Shown one piece after another: positions 10,259 through 20,013 of a stretch of DNA of 64,000 nucleotides. The notes under the pieces are model-generated. The model saw only the letters and a program-made list of their open reading frames with translations, did not search any database and had not been told where the DNA came from. The DNA is from Bdellovibrionales bacterium RIFOXYD12_FULL_39_22 (GTDB lineage: Bacteria; Bdellovibrionota; Bacteriovoracia; Bacteriovoracales; Bacteriovoracaceae), in contig MEQL01000047.1 in assembly GCA_001770205.1 (NCBI GenBank), positions 62,001 to 126,000 on the forward strand, in the 5' to 3' direction. The translations under genes were made by a program, and so were the position numbers. The number at the start of each line of letters is the position of its first letter. The stretch's first letter is position 1.

Positions 10259-10966
10259 ATGAAAAATATAATTTTCGAAGATAAATTCATAATCGTTTTG
10301 GATAAGCCATATAATCTCGTCACGATGGGCCAACGAGGGGAAGATTCTCTTTATAGCAGAACACTACTTTATTTGAATAAAAAAAAAGAACATCGACTGT
10401 TTGCCGTTCATCGTCTCGATAAGACAACTAGTGGTGTCGTCTTGTTTGCCAAGGATAAAAGCGCCTACGAAAAACTACTCCTGGCATTTAAGAAGCATTA
10501 TATCAAAAAAGAGTACGTCGCTATTACTGATAGTAAAATCGATGAGCTTTTTACTGGCAATTGGAAAAAAGAGGGCCTTCCGTTTCTAAAATTTATTAAA
10601 GAAGATGGAAAAGAATGGCTCAACATAACCTATCCTATCCATGGTATAAAAACAAAATCTCACGTTGATGTTGAAAATGGAGTGGCAAGTGATACTTCTG
10701 TACGCATTGATCGCACAAATGACAAATATACCCAGTTAATTATTCGCTTAAAAACTGGCCGCTTTCACCAAATTCGCACTCACTTATCCTTTCTCGGCCA
10801 TCCGCTTGTAGGAGATACACTATATGGTGGGCCACCAACCTCTTTTGATCGCCTTTTTTTGCACGCACGAGAGATAACTTTCACTCACCCCATCTCAAAA
10901 AAGAAATTACATTTTGCAAGCAAACTTCCGGCAATATTTAGCAAACAAATGGAATCTAATCACTAG
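10259..10966 (+). CDS. RluA/RluC/RluD-family pseudouridine synthase
   Basis: LDKP, catalytic HRLDKTTSG, TGRFHQIRTH, GDTLYG, LHA (alternative start 10247). Confidence 0.92.
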   Translation: MKNIIFEDKFIIVLDKPYNLVTMGQRGEDSLYSRTLLYLNKKKEHRLFAVHRLDKTTSGVVLFAKDKSAYEKLLLAFKKHYIKKEYVAITDSKIDELFTGNWKKEGLPFLKFIKEDGKEWLNITYPIHGIKTKSHVDVENGVASDTSVRIDRTNDKYTQLIIRLKTGRFHQIRTHLSFLGHPLVGDTLYGGPPTSFDRLFLHAREITFTHPISKKKLHFASKLPAIFSKQMESNH

Positions 10967-11017
10967 ATCGTTGACACATAATCTCGATAAAGGAACAATA
11001 TAGTCTGGAGCACAGAT

Positions 11018-11377
11018 ATGGCACTTTACATTCTCGTAGTTGAAGACGAAAGCGATGTTCGCACTTTGATTGTTGAACAACTAAGAAAAGATGGAATAAA
11101 AAATAAAATTCTTGAGGCCGCAGATCCAATGGAGGCCCTGGATATTTATAACAAAAATAAAGAAAAGCTAGCGGCCATAATCTGCGATCACTACATGCCA
11201 GTGCAACATGGAATGCAGTTATGCAATATTGTAAAAGCAGAGCGGCCCGGAATTAAAATCATTCTTTTCACTGGAGACAGAAACATAACCGCCAAGGGAA
11301 ATGAAGATAAGGTAAACGTCGTTATCTATAAACCAGATGGAATCTTTTTCTTGGCAAAACATATTAGAAAAATATAA
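11018..11377 (+). CDS. Single-domain response regulator (REC)
   Basis: ILVVEDE, phosphoacceptor in ICDHYMP, FTG, YKP. Confidence 0.88.
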   Translation: MALYILVVEDESDVRTLIVEQLRKDGIKNKILEAADPMEALDIYNKNKEKLAAIICDHYMPVQHGMQLCNIVKAERPGIKIILFTGDRNITAKGNEDKVNVVIYKPDGIFFLAKHIRKI

Positions 11378-11378
11378 T

Positions 11379-11408
11379 TTCGGCCCTTACTGCTAGTAAA
11401 GGCCGAAG
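11379..11408. terminator. Hairpin between convergent genes, likely terminator
   Basis: TTCGGCC-CT-TACT/gct/AGTA-AA-GGCCGAA. Confidence 0.5.
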
Positions 11409-11426
11409 ATGAAGAAGTGCTAATGA

Positions 11427-11744
11427 CTAATTAGTCTTGAATTGATTATCTATCTCTTTTTCTGCTCGCAACCAATCCCCTTCCTGTGAACCATTTGTAA
11501 AACCTCTTTGCTCTGCAAATAGATAGGCCAAATTGGCAATCATGTTGTAACGCTCTTCTGTTGTTATTGTCTTTTTTGTTTTGGCCGTGGCCGTAGTTCT
11601 GTTGGTGGCCACCGGAACGCTCTTGGCCGAAACCGTTGTGGCGTTAGTCTTTGTGTCAATTTTGTTGCTAGTTTTTGTTGTTGTGGTGGTAGTTGGTCGA
11701 GTTGTCGCCTTACCTTTTGTTGTTGTCGTTGTTGTTTTAGTCAT
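11427..11744 (-). CDS. DUF2934-domain protein with Thr/Lys-rich N-terminal tail
   Basis: IANLAYLFAEQRG...DWLRAEKEI; GGAGGA RBS. Confidence 0.85.
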   Translation of the reverse strand: MTKTTTTTTKGKATTRPTTTTTTKTSNKIDTKTNATTVSAKSVPVATNRTTATAKTKKTITTEERYNMIANLAYLFAEQRGFTNGSQEGDWLRAEKEIDNQFKTN

Positions 11745-11895
11745 TTTATTCCTCCGGTTATTATAGATCTTTATCCATCCTCATTGAAATCAATCACACT
11801 CTCGAGTAGAAAATTATCTGGTAACCAATTGCTTGTATTACATAAATAGCATTTACGAGACTAGAATGCAATTAAAAGATTGGCAGAGACAAAAA

Positions 11896-12669
11896 TCAAA
11901 AATTTCCAATAGCAAAAATCAAGTATGGATAATCAACAAAAGGATTTCGGTTTCCCTGGAATGATTCAATCATCTCATTGCGCTTTTCTTCTTTTTCGGA
12001 AACAGGATCAGCAAAATTCCACTTCCGAAAAACTGCCTCCTGCTCTGAATCTATGGCCTTTTTATATTGGACAGAAAAATAAAACATTGATCGGGCCAAA
12101 TCCCCTTTATGTCGATCTGGCGGCTCAAAACAGAGCGTTCCTAGGGCGCTCAAACCTAGTTTGCTGCCCTCTTGTTCAAATTTAACAATACTAACTTCAC
12201 AGAAAGGATGATTGCTCCGCCTTGAATTCATTGATTGATCAACCGGATAGAGGTGATGAAGATCTGACTTGGCATCTCCCGTGGCCCCCAGACTTTGTGG
12301 CCAACTATGCTCACAATTCATAACATTCCCGTCGGGTATACCGTTGGTTTCTATACATAGGTCGGTATAGACACTACACACTGTACCATCGATATTGTCT
12401 AAATTTGCAAACATCTCCAGTCGAGCGCCCGAGTAATCAGCGGTTATGTCAACAGAGATAAGTGCCTTAAGTTTTGTTAAAAGTTCTGCATCACAGAGAT
12501 TTGCCAGCGAACCATACTCCGCTGGCAAGACGCCTCCCTGCACAACATTAACCCACCGCTGCTTGCATGATGCTAATGATTCGCTGTTGGCATTTGCCGA
12601 GCAAATAATAAAAAGCACCCACAACTGCCGACAAAAAAACACTCTCCACACGCCGCCAAATCTATGCAT
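11896..12669 (-). CDS. Secreted endonuclease I family (His-Me) nuclease
   Basis: Signal peptide; NCEHSWPQS, SDLHHLYP, NSRRSNHPF, KGDLAR, QGNRNPFVD. Confidence 0.88.
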   Translation of the reverse strand: MHRFGGVWRVFFCRQLWVLFIICSANANSESLASCKQRWVNVVQGGVLPAEYGSLANLCDAELLTKLKALISVDITADYSGARLEMFANLDNIDGTVCSVYTDLCIETNGIPDGNVMNCEHSWPQSLGATGDAKSDLHHLYPVDQSMNSRRSNHPFCEVSIVKFEQEGSKLGLSALGTLCFEPPDRHKGDLARSMFYFSVQYKKAIDSEQEAVFRKWNFADPVSEKEEKRNEMIESFQGNRNPFVDYPYLIFAIGNF

Positions 12670-12706
12670 TTAGCATCCTCTTATTTTTTTATCTCTATTA
12701 TCTTTA

Positions 12707-15700
12707 TTATCTCTTATTCGAGTACCCCAGTAGCTTCAACGTTACGTCATGTAATTTCCCAGTGTCCCCAGAGCCACTATCAAAAATTTCTACTTTCCAC
12801 TCCCCCTGGCCGACAGTGTTAAGCAGTGCTCCCAGTTTTCCTGTAGCATCATAAAAACCTTCGAGATCATCATTTCCGCCACCTTCTTTTTCCACGATGG
12901 TTATTTTGGTGCCATTGGGTGAAATCACATCTATGGTTAAATCTCCAATGTAGGAATGGGATAGCTTGATGTAGACCGAAATATCTTTGATCAATCCCAT
13001 ATTCTCAACAACGATTGGATGCGATACCCTCTTTTTATCTAGAATTGGTATTTGCAAATTGCGATCTTCACGAACAAAGCGCACCATTCTTCCAACTGGA
13101 AATCCTCCATTTCCAACCAACTCTTCTTGCGCAACCATTCCCGCATGAGATCCCTTTACAGAAAAGTTGGCAGCAGCTCCCGTACTACAACTAGCATCCA
13201 CTTTCACCGCAAGAGGATTCGTAATGCGCACACTTTGCCCTGGCATCAACTTGTTAATCGCGAAATTGCCAATGGCACTGGATAAGCAACTTCCTTTAAC
13301 AATTTCAAAACTTCCATTTGTTATTGCAACAGAACCACTATTTATTACCGTCAAAAATAACTTCCCACTATCACCCGCGCCCAAACTTCCATCCACTTGA
13401 TTTTCTGGATTACCAAAGTCGATTTTATCCACCACCAACTCTGCGCGAGAAACTTTGAATTTGCGCTTAAACGTCCCTCTATACTTCTCGGCCGTTACCC
13501 ATTCAAAGGTGACGTCAATCTCTGTACCATTAGCACTGTTTGCAACCGCAAAACCAAATCCATCGCCCTGATGCGAATAACTTTCATTCGTTGCCAAAGC
13601 AGGAATTTTTGCCTGCCCACTTAACGCGGTTGCCGGGCCATCAATTTTTATAATGGATAAAGTTGAATTTGAAGAAACAACAGGTGATACATTTTTAATT
13701 GTAAAATTTAATTTTGTTTGCTCATGTGGATATACATCCAATTGTTCACGATTTCCGACAACCATTTTTGTTACCATCAAAAAGGGCTCATTACTGGCAA
13801 TCAGATCTATTTCCTTTGTCAAAAGTTTCATATCCTGGCCATAGACTGATACTAACAATTTATCGCCAACTGTCGCATCCACGGGAACCGGCACTGCTAC
13901 TTTTCCGGAATCATCTGTGTATCCATGCCAGTAGATCCCTTTTCCAACCAACTCTAATCCGACACGAAGATTGGCCATCGCCTTGCCATTTCTTACCGCC
14001 ACCGCCAAATTAAAATCAGCAGAACCATAAGTAACCTTATCTGGGCCGGACAAGCTTACGGCCGCAACTGGTGCCGTTCTTAAATTAATAGAGGGATCGC
14101 CAAAAATAACGTAAGTTTCCCAATAATACTTACTTCTATTAGCTCCACCGTAAAATGCCCACACCGCGGACAAAGCCTGATTGGTAATGGACGAAAAATC
14201 CATTTTTCCATCACGATAAATGGAATCAAACATATTCTTCTCTAAAATATCATCCTCATCCCAATAAGAACTATCCATTGACCCCCAATACATAATTGCT
14301 CCATTGGGGTGCTTAATCCAAGTTTCGCCAAAAGATTCACCAACGGTGAATTGCCCTGTAACGCAGGCATTTCCAATAACGAATGGCCGTGCATCGGGAT
14401 GATTAAAACTTTTTACATTTGCCTGAGTAACATCTGGCCCGGCCCAGCCGCTAGTGCTTCCATGTCCGGAATAATCAATGATGGCCCGCCCTCTTCTCAT
14501 CGCATCCACCACCGTAGCATCCGATACTCTATGAGTTATCGCATAAAGCTGATCTCCGCCTGGCATATTGGCCTGTGGGAAAATTCCGGTATAGCCTCGA
14601 GCCTTGGTATAATTATTAATAACATAGTTGTGGGATCCTTCCGCTACTTGGTATCTATCGTCTGTCGCAACAAATGATAATTGCCGTAGCCAATCTTCAT
14701 TGGAAAAATTTCCTTGTTGATAGCGCAACAATTTCTCTATAACCAAATTAAGTTCAGCATCATTCTTAACAGTTAAACGACCGACTCCAATATCTGGCCC
14801 ATTAATATCATTTTCATAATTATCAGTATCAATTGCCCGATAGTAGTGATCTGTTACTCCCGAAATATGTTTGGCCTCTTTGGATGGAACATCTTCTGCA
14901 TCTCCCACGATAAGCGCATATTTTAATACTTCTCCACTACGCTTCAAAATCCCTTGCAATCTGGCCCTGATGTCATTGGGGGTTGAAGCATCTCTGCCAA
15001 TAACGATTGGCTCAACTTTATAACCAAGACGTCTCTTGAAAGTCATGTACTCTTGAAGCTTCTGATTGTCCTTATATTTGGAGCCAACGATAAACGCAAA
15101 AACCTCTTCTTTATATTCTCGTGCCCATAGTTCTTCATTTTCCGCACTATACACTTGCACCGAAAAATTCTGCCGAAGAATATACTCATTGGTTGAAGGA
15201 CGATATTTAAAAGGATAGATGGTGATAATTTTTTGAGTCTGTCCCATCACAGAACCAGCATCCTCTATAGTAAAATCCTCTTCTGGTAAGTAGCTGTCGC
15301 TAATGTATGCCTTCGCGTTCATCACAAAATTTATCTTACTACCTCTTATTTTAGGCAATGACTCCTGTGAAGGATAGAGTCTGCTACCAAGTACTTCTTC
15401 TTGTAAAAATGATTTGTCTTCATCAAAATTTACAGAAATATCCTCGTCACTATCGGCAGCTACAGTTATTCGCACAACTGGAATTTCTGGCCGGCCTTTC
15501 TCGTAAATGATTCCCGCATAACCATCTACTCCCTTTAGTGTGGCCTGAGAAAATTTCTGGGCCCCAACTTCTTTTGATATAACTTCTACTCCCTCTATAT
15601 GAAAAAAGTAACTCTTCTCACTTCCGTTTTGAGAAAGAGAGACTTCCGCCCAAAGTGAAAAACTAATTAATAATAATGATAGAAACAATAAACGCAGATA

Positions 15701-15721
15701 GTTTTTTGAGATCATAATCAT
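12707..15721 (-). CDS. Peptidase C25 (gingipain-like) with propeptide and C-terminal proprotein-convertase P domain
   Basis: Signal peptide; GRPEIP propeptide; LIVGD, TDHYY, IGVGRL, His in YSGHGS, Cys in NACVTG, FGDP; P domain HSYIGDL...GEWKVEIFD...DTGKL. Confidence 0.88.
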   Translation of the reverse strand: MIMISKNYLRLLFLSLLLISFSLWAEVSLSQNGSEKSYFFHIEGVEVISKEVGAQKFSQATLKGVDGYAGIIYEKGRPEIPVVRITVAADSDEDISVNFDEDKSFLQEEVLGSRLYPSQESLPKIRGSKINFVMNAKAYISDSYLPEEDFTIEDAGSVMGQTQKIITIYPFKYRPSTNEYILRQNFSVQVYSAENEELWAREYKEEVFAFIVGSKYKDNQKLQEYMTFKRRLGYKVEPIVIGRDASTPNDIRARLQGILKRSGEVLKYALIVGDAEDVPSKEAKHISGVTDHYYRAIDTDNYENDINGPDIGVGRLTVKNDAELNLVIEKLLRYQQGNFSNEDWLRQLSFVATDDRYQVAEGSHNYVINNYTKARGYTGIFPQANMPGGDQLYAITHRVSDATVVDAMRRGRAIIDYSGHGSTSGWAGPDVTQANVKSFNHPDARPFVIGNACVTGQFTVGESFGETWIKHPNGAIMYWGSMDSSYWDEDDILEKNMFDSIYRDGKMDFSSITNQALSAVWAFYGGANRSKYYWETYVIFGDPSINLRTAPVAAVSLSGPDKVTYGSADFNLAVAVRNGKAMANLRVGLELVGKGIYWHGYTDDSGKVAVPVPVDATVGDKLLVSVYGQDMKLLTKEIDLIASNEPFLMVTKMVVGNREQLDVYPHEQTKLNFTIKNVSPVVSSNSTLSIIKIDGPATALSGQAKIPALATNESYSHQGDGFGFAVANSANGTEIDVTFEWVTAEKYRGTFKRKFKVSRAELVVDKIDFGNPENQVDGSLGAGDSGKLFLTVINSGSVAITNGSFEIVKGSCLSSAIGNFAINKLMPGQSVRITNPLAVKVDASCSTGAAANFSVKGSHAGMVAQEELVGNGGFPVGRMVRFVREDRNLQIPILDKKRVSHPIVVENMGLIKDISVYIKLSHSYIGDLTIDVISPNGTKITIVEKEGGGNDDLEGFYDATGKLGALLNTVGQGEWKVEIFDSGSGDTGKLHDVTLKLLGYSNKR

Positions 15722-15863
15722 CCTCCATGATGGTATTTCCTCTTAGATACTAGAAAAGTATAACCAAATGTTTATACATTTCGTAGGAATATGTTTAAGG
15801 TAAAGAGCAAAGCAAGTAAATGTTAGAAGTATAAAGCCACTTCTCTGACTTTTTTTATTGGAT

Positions 15864-16580
15864 ATGAGTGAGAAAAATTTCAAGGGATCTTTAGGAAACT
15901 ACCACCTAATCACCACTGATAGTGGCGATATAACTTTATGGTCAGAATATTTTAATGAGAACTTCCACTCTCTAGACGGGGCATTTAACGAAACAAGGCA
16001 CAACTACATTGATGGCTGCCAACTAATAAATAAATTAAATGCTGACCTCACAATCTTAGATATTGGTTTTGGCCTTGGCATTGGCCTTTTAGCAACGCTA
16101 GACTTTATCAATCAACAAATCGTAACAAAAAAGTTTAAGCACAAGCTCAACTATTTTTCCGTAGAATTAGATGAGGAGTTGGTTAAATGGACACTGACAA
16201 ATAGCTTGCAGGAAAAAATTAATCCTTTTAAAAAGACAACTAGCGATGGACTAACAGTCTACACTGCCAATATACCAAATTTCGCGGCCACCATTTTAAT
16301 AGGTGAGGCCACACAAACTCTTATGCAAGCAAAAAAATCAAATCTCATTCCCTCAGCTAATGCCATCTTTCAAGATGCCTTTTCTCCCACAAAAAACCCA
16401 TCACTTTGGTCAGTTGAGTGGTTTACCCTGCTACATCAACTATCGGCCGCTGATGTGCTTTTGGCCACCTATAGTTCTGCCAGCGTCGTTTTAAAAAATT
16501 TGCAAAGCGCCGGATGGAATGTTTCTAAGATAGCCGGTTTTGGCCGAAAAAAACATATTATCCAAGCGAAACTATCATAG
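15864..16580 (+). CDS. MnmC-type (MnmD) tRNA methyltransferase domain, stand-alone
   Basis: FHSLDGAFNETRH, ILDIGFGLG, DAFSPTKNPSLW, ATYS, GFGRK. Confidence 0.8.
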   Translation: MSEKNFKGSLGNYHLITTDSGDITLWSEYFNENFHSLDGAFNETRHNYIDGCQLINKLNADLTILDIGFGLGIGLLATLDFINQQIVTKKFKHKLNYFSVELDEELVKWTLTNSLQEKINPFKKTTSDGLTVYTANIPNFAATILIGEATQTLMQAKKSNLIPSANAIFQDAFSPTKNPSLWSVEWFTLLHQLSAADVLLATYSSASVVLKNLQSAGWNVSKIAGFGRKKHIIQAKLS

Positions 16581-16619
16581 TTGTCAGGATAAAAATGCCG
16601 TCTACAGATATTTTTCACA

Positions 16620-17462
16620 ATGGACTATAGTCACTTCTATATGAACATACTTACGAAGCATAAAAAAAATGGCCTAGAGGGCCTAAAAAAATTCGTCCAA
16701 TTTTTAGAAATCGCCCCAGAGCAAAAGGCCCGAGATATTTTATCCATGGCGTTACTGGAAGATCCTGTTTACATGAAGTGGGTCATGGCCAATATGATCT
16801 CTTTTGACTTTATTAAAACTCTAGATGGCAAAGAGTTAGAAAAAATATATCTTCAACTTGCCAATCCTATTCCTACCTTTGTTTATGCTCTTTATAAATC
16901 CGAGATGGAGGCCTCCATTTTAGAAAAATTTAACGACTCCATTAGAGGACGATATAAGGAAGAGCTTTCTCTTACTAAAGAAGTACAACGCGGAAAACAG
17001 ATTGGATGCAGAAATACCATCATCGAAAAAATCCGGGCCTTGCAAAAAAACAGAGATATAACTCCCTTTGAATGGAAAATCCCCGAAGAAAAAATACTGT
17101 TGGGCCCTACCGGCATAATCTCGAAAGATAACCAGTTTTCCCTGTTTTTTGAAAATGGCCAACCGGCCCTGAGAGGAGGCCTAGAAAAAAAATTACGCGC
17201 AGGCCTTTGGAAGCACTACTATCCCAACGGCAAATTAATGGCCGAGGGCATCTATGTTGATGGTGAAAAAATGGGTGAGTGGAAATTTTATTACGCTGAT
17301 GAAAGGATAAAAGCGCAAGGAGAATTTGTCGAAAACTTAAAACATGGAACCTGGTATGAGTTTGAAAAAGATGGAAAAAAAGTAGCTGTAAAATACAATC
17401 GTGGACGCAAAGATGGTGAGGCCTCACCTTCTTTATCCGATGATAATGCGACCGATGAATAA
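16620..17462 (+). CDS. FliG C-terminal-like helical domain fused to MORN_2 (YwqK-type) repeats
   Basis: C-terminal GLWKHYYPNGKLMAEG, GEWKFYY, GTWYEFEKDGK; helical N-half with EDPVYMKWV recalls FliG_C-like proteins (inference). Confidence 0.6.
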   Translation: MDYSHFYMNILTKHKKNGLEGLKKFVQFLEIAPEQKARDILSMALLEDPVYMKWVMANMISFDFIKTLDGKELEKIYLQLANPIPTFVYALYKSEMEASILEKFNDSIRGRYKEELSLTKEVQRGKQIGCRNTIIEKIRALQKNRDITPFEWKIPEEKILLGPTGIISKDNQFSLFFENGQPALRGGLEKKLRAGLWKHYYPNGKLMAEGIYVDGEKMGEWKFYYADERIKAQGEFVENLKHGTWYEFEKDGKKVAVKYNRGRKDGEASPSLSDDNATDE

Positions 17463-17468
17463 CTTAGT

Positions 17469-18275
17469 TCAATAATTAAAACGATCCTTCAACTCTTTTT
17501 CCGAAAAAATATCATCTAGTAGCGCGGCCAAACGAATTCCGGCCAATAGAAGTTGTCGATCAACAATTGGCCGAGAAAATCTCAAATATTTTCCAATATC
17601 TCCGGCATCAATTGAGCTCTTTTGGCCATACATTGAACTCAGCAGTGCCCGAGACTCTTCGTGCCACTGTAAAACAGTTGATTTTTTCCACTGCCCATAC
17701 TCTTTATCATCTAAATTCATAAGAAAATTTGCATACTCACTGGCAGACAATTTCTGCCGATCAATCACTTCGTTGTCCCAGAAAGCATGAAAATTCGTTT
17801 CCACACCACCTAGCTTGAATTTTATAGCGTTACCTCCACTATCAGCTCCATACCCATTATGTAAAGGTTGATGCAAATCTCCTACAAAATGAACAAGAAA
17901 TGTTAAAGCTTGGCGCTTTTTCTCGGGCGTGGCCTTTTTATCTTTTAAAATTAAAGACTGCGCTTTTATGGCCTGCAAAAGATCTCCCTTATCACTTATT
18001 GGGCCCTCCTGATATTTTTTCCCTTCCATCACATTCACATAGTGCCAGGGGGCAGTAGATGAGTAGGTCTCACTTATTTTCATCTCATCAGGAAAGTTGG
18101 CAATTTGCGCTAATGACTCTTTGCCAATAATGTTTCTGATATTTTGAATCGACACCAAGCTTAATTGCCTAGTTGCTATTTCGCCTATTACCCGATGGCC
18201 GATAAGTCCCCAGGCCCATAAATTTTGGGTAAGGCCCGCGGCAACAATAACCACCAACCAAAAAGTTGATCTCAT
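17469..18275 (-). CDS. Secreted S1/P1 nuclease
   Basis: Signal peptide then WGLIGH; WHYVN, HFVGDLHQPLH, GGN, FHAFWD, AGIRLA. Confidence 0.93.
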   Translation of the reverse strand: MRSTFWLVVIVAAGLTQNLWAWGLIGHRVIGEIATRQLSLVSIQNIRNIIGKESLAQIANFPDEMKISETYSSTAPWHYVNVMEGKKYQEGPISDKGDLLQAIKAQSLILKDKKATPEKKRQALTFLVHFVGDLHQPLHNGYGADSGGNAIKFKLGGVETNFHAFWDNEVIDRQKLSASEYANFLMNLDDKEYGQWKKSTVLQWHEESRALLSSMYGQKSSIDAGDIGKYLRFSRPIVDRQLLLAGIRLAALLDDIFSEKELKDRFNY

Positions 18276-18296
18276 AATTTTACGCTCCAGAAAGAA

Positions 18297-19949
18297 TTAA
18301 TATTTAAATGAGCTACCACCAATAAATTCTTTAATAATAGAGGTGCTCGGGATATCTGCGGCATCCAATGGTAAAAAATATGATAAAAATTTCAACAATC
18401 GTTGGGACTCCGGATAAACCGGGTCTCCCCGCTCTACTCGCAATAATTCTCGCTCGGCATGAACTTTTAACACGGACAATTCATAAAACAGAGCTGAGTT
18501 ATAAACTGTATCCACCTCTTCTTGTAGCGGGAAAATATTTTTTTTCTCTCCGGCCCGTACTGAACGCCAACGTCCAATAGTTTCACTGGCGGTGTAACCT
18601 CTGAAAAAACTATCTCGCACAATTCTCCTGATCAATCTCGTATCCGAAGCTGGAATACGATCGTGTCGATGCAAGTTAAGCTGCGTTAGTGGTGCAATAT
18701 ATATTTTAAATTTATCATCGGACGATACACTGCTAGTTAACTTGGGATTAATTCCATGAATACCTTCAATAACCACAATCTCATTTTTTGAAAGTTTCAA
18801 CTTATATCCGGATGGCCGTTTGGAGCCAGTATGGAAATCAAAGCGCGGAATCTCCACCTCTTCACCTAAAAGCAATCTATTAATATGCTCCATAAAAAGA
18901 GGGACATCAATAGCATCTAGACTTTCAAAATCAAAATTACCTTCCGCATCCTTGGGCGTATGAGCACGATCGACGAAATAATTATCCATAGAGATCGGGA
19001 CCGTGTTAAAACCATTTACCATCAACTGAATACCTAATCGTTTACTGAAGGTAGTTTTGCCGGAAGAAGTCGGGCCCGCGATTAGGACCAAGCGTTTAGG
19101 TTTTTCACCCTTAGTAATTTGATCGGCAATATTGGCAACTCGTTTTTCATGAAAGGCCTCGGCCACTTTAATCAGATCATCGATCTGTCCATTCATAATA
19201 TACTTATTTAACTGCCCAACCGTGCGCACCTTTAAAATCCGAGTCCACTCGTTGTATTCCTGAAAAGTTTTAAACAAGCGAGGTCGATCTTCAAACACGG
19301 GAATGTCTTTACTGCCGCCAATAAACTCGGGGAGAATAATCACTACGCCATCTCGATATTTTTGAATGTGAAAATATTTTAAATGTTTGGTCGAAGGCAA
19401 AAGCGGCAAATAAACGCTTTCCTCTACACCATCTAACTCATAAAACTTAAAACTAGAAGGAGAGTAGTAACGATACAAATTCAACATATCATTACGCTCT
19501 TTTTCTTTCATAGTGGACATCGAAACATCCCAGTCTCTGGTGACTTGATTTATTTCCATGTCAGCTTCTACCATCTGCTTCATTTTTTCAGCAATTTTCT
19601 CAATCTCCTCCACTGATAATTCGGCGCCATCTATTTCTGCATAAACGCCTTTTTGAATAGAATGCTGGATAAAAACGTTCAGCTTCGGATAAAGTTTGGT
19701 AAAGGCCACCACAAAAAGATAGGTAACGCTGCTTTCATATATGCGCTTGCCAAGCTGCGATTCCAAATCAATCACATCTAAAGCACTATCCGTTCTAATT
19801 TTCGCATTTAAGCGGGCCAATACTCCGTTAATAACTACGGCCACTGGATCATTTACTTTTATCTCATGTTTAAAGATAAACTCTTCCACTGTAAGAAGTG
19901 GCTCTACCTCGTAATTTTTCTTCATGCAACTTACTTTGAACTTCTCCAT
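18297..19949 (-). CDS. Uridine/nucleoside kinase with N-terminal TGS/ThrRS-like region
   Basis: Walker A IAGPTSSGKTT, SMDNYF, IEGIHG, DTRLIRRIVRD, ETIGRW; about 270-aa ThrRS-N-like extension. Confidence 0.88.
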   Translation of the reverse strand: MEKFKVSCMKKNYEVEPLLTVEEFIFKHEIKVNDPVAVVINGVLARLNAKIRTDSALDVIDLESQLGKRIYESSVTYLFVVAFTKLYPKLNVFIQHSIQKGVYAEIDGAELSVEEIEKIAEKMKQMVEADMEINQVTRDWDVSMSTMKEKERNDMLNLYRYYSPSSFKFYELDGVEESVYLPLLPSTKHLKYFHIQKYRDGVVIILPEFIGGSKDIPVFEDRPRLFKTFQEYNEWTRILKVRTVGQLNKYIMNGQIDDLIKVAEAFHEKRVANIADQITKGEKPKRLVLIAGPTSSGKTTFSKRLGIQLMVNGFNTVPISMDNYFVDRAHTPKDAEGNFDFESLDAIDVPLFMEHINRLLLGEEVEIPRFDFHTGSKRPSGYKLKLSKNEIVVIEGIHGINPKLTSSVSSDDKFKIYIAPLTQLNLHRHDRIPASDTRLIRRIVRDSFFRGYTASETIGRWRSVRAGEKKNIFPLQEEVDTVYNSALFYELSVLKVHAERELLRVERGDPVYPESQRLLKFLSYFLPLDAADIPSTSIIKEFIGGSSFKY

Positions 19950-20013
19950 CTATTCAACTCCGATGCTGTTGTGGTTAATCCGTAAATTAAAAATTATTGC
20001 AGAACATAAGGAA

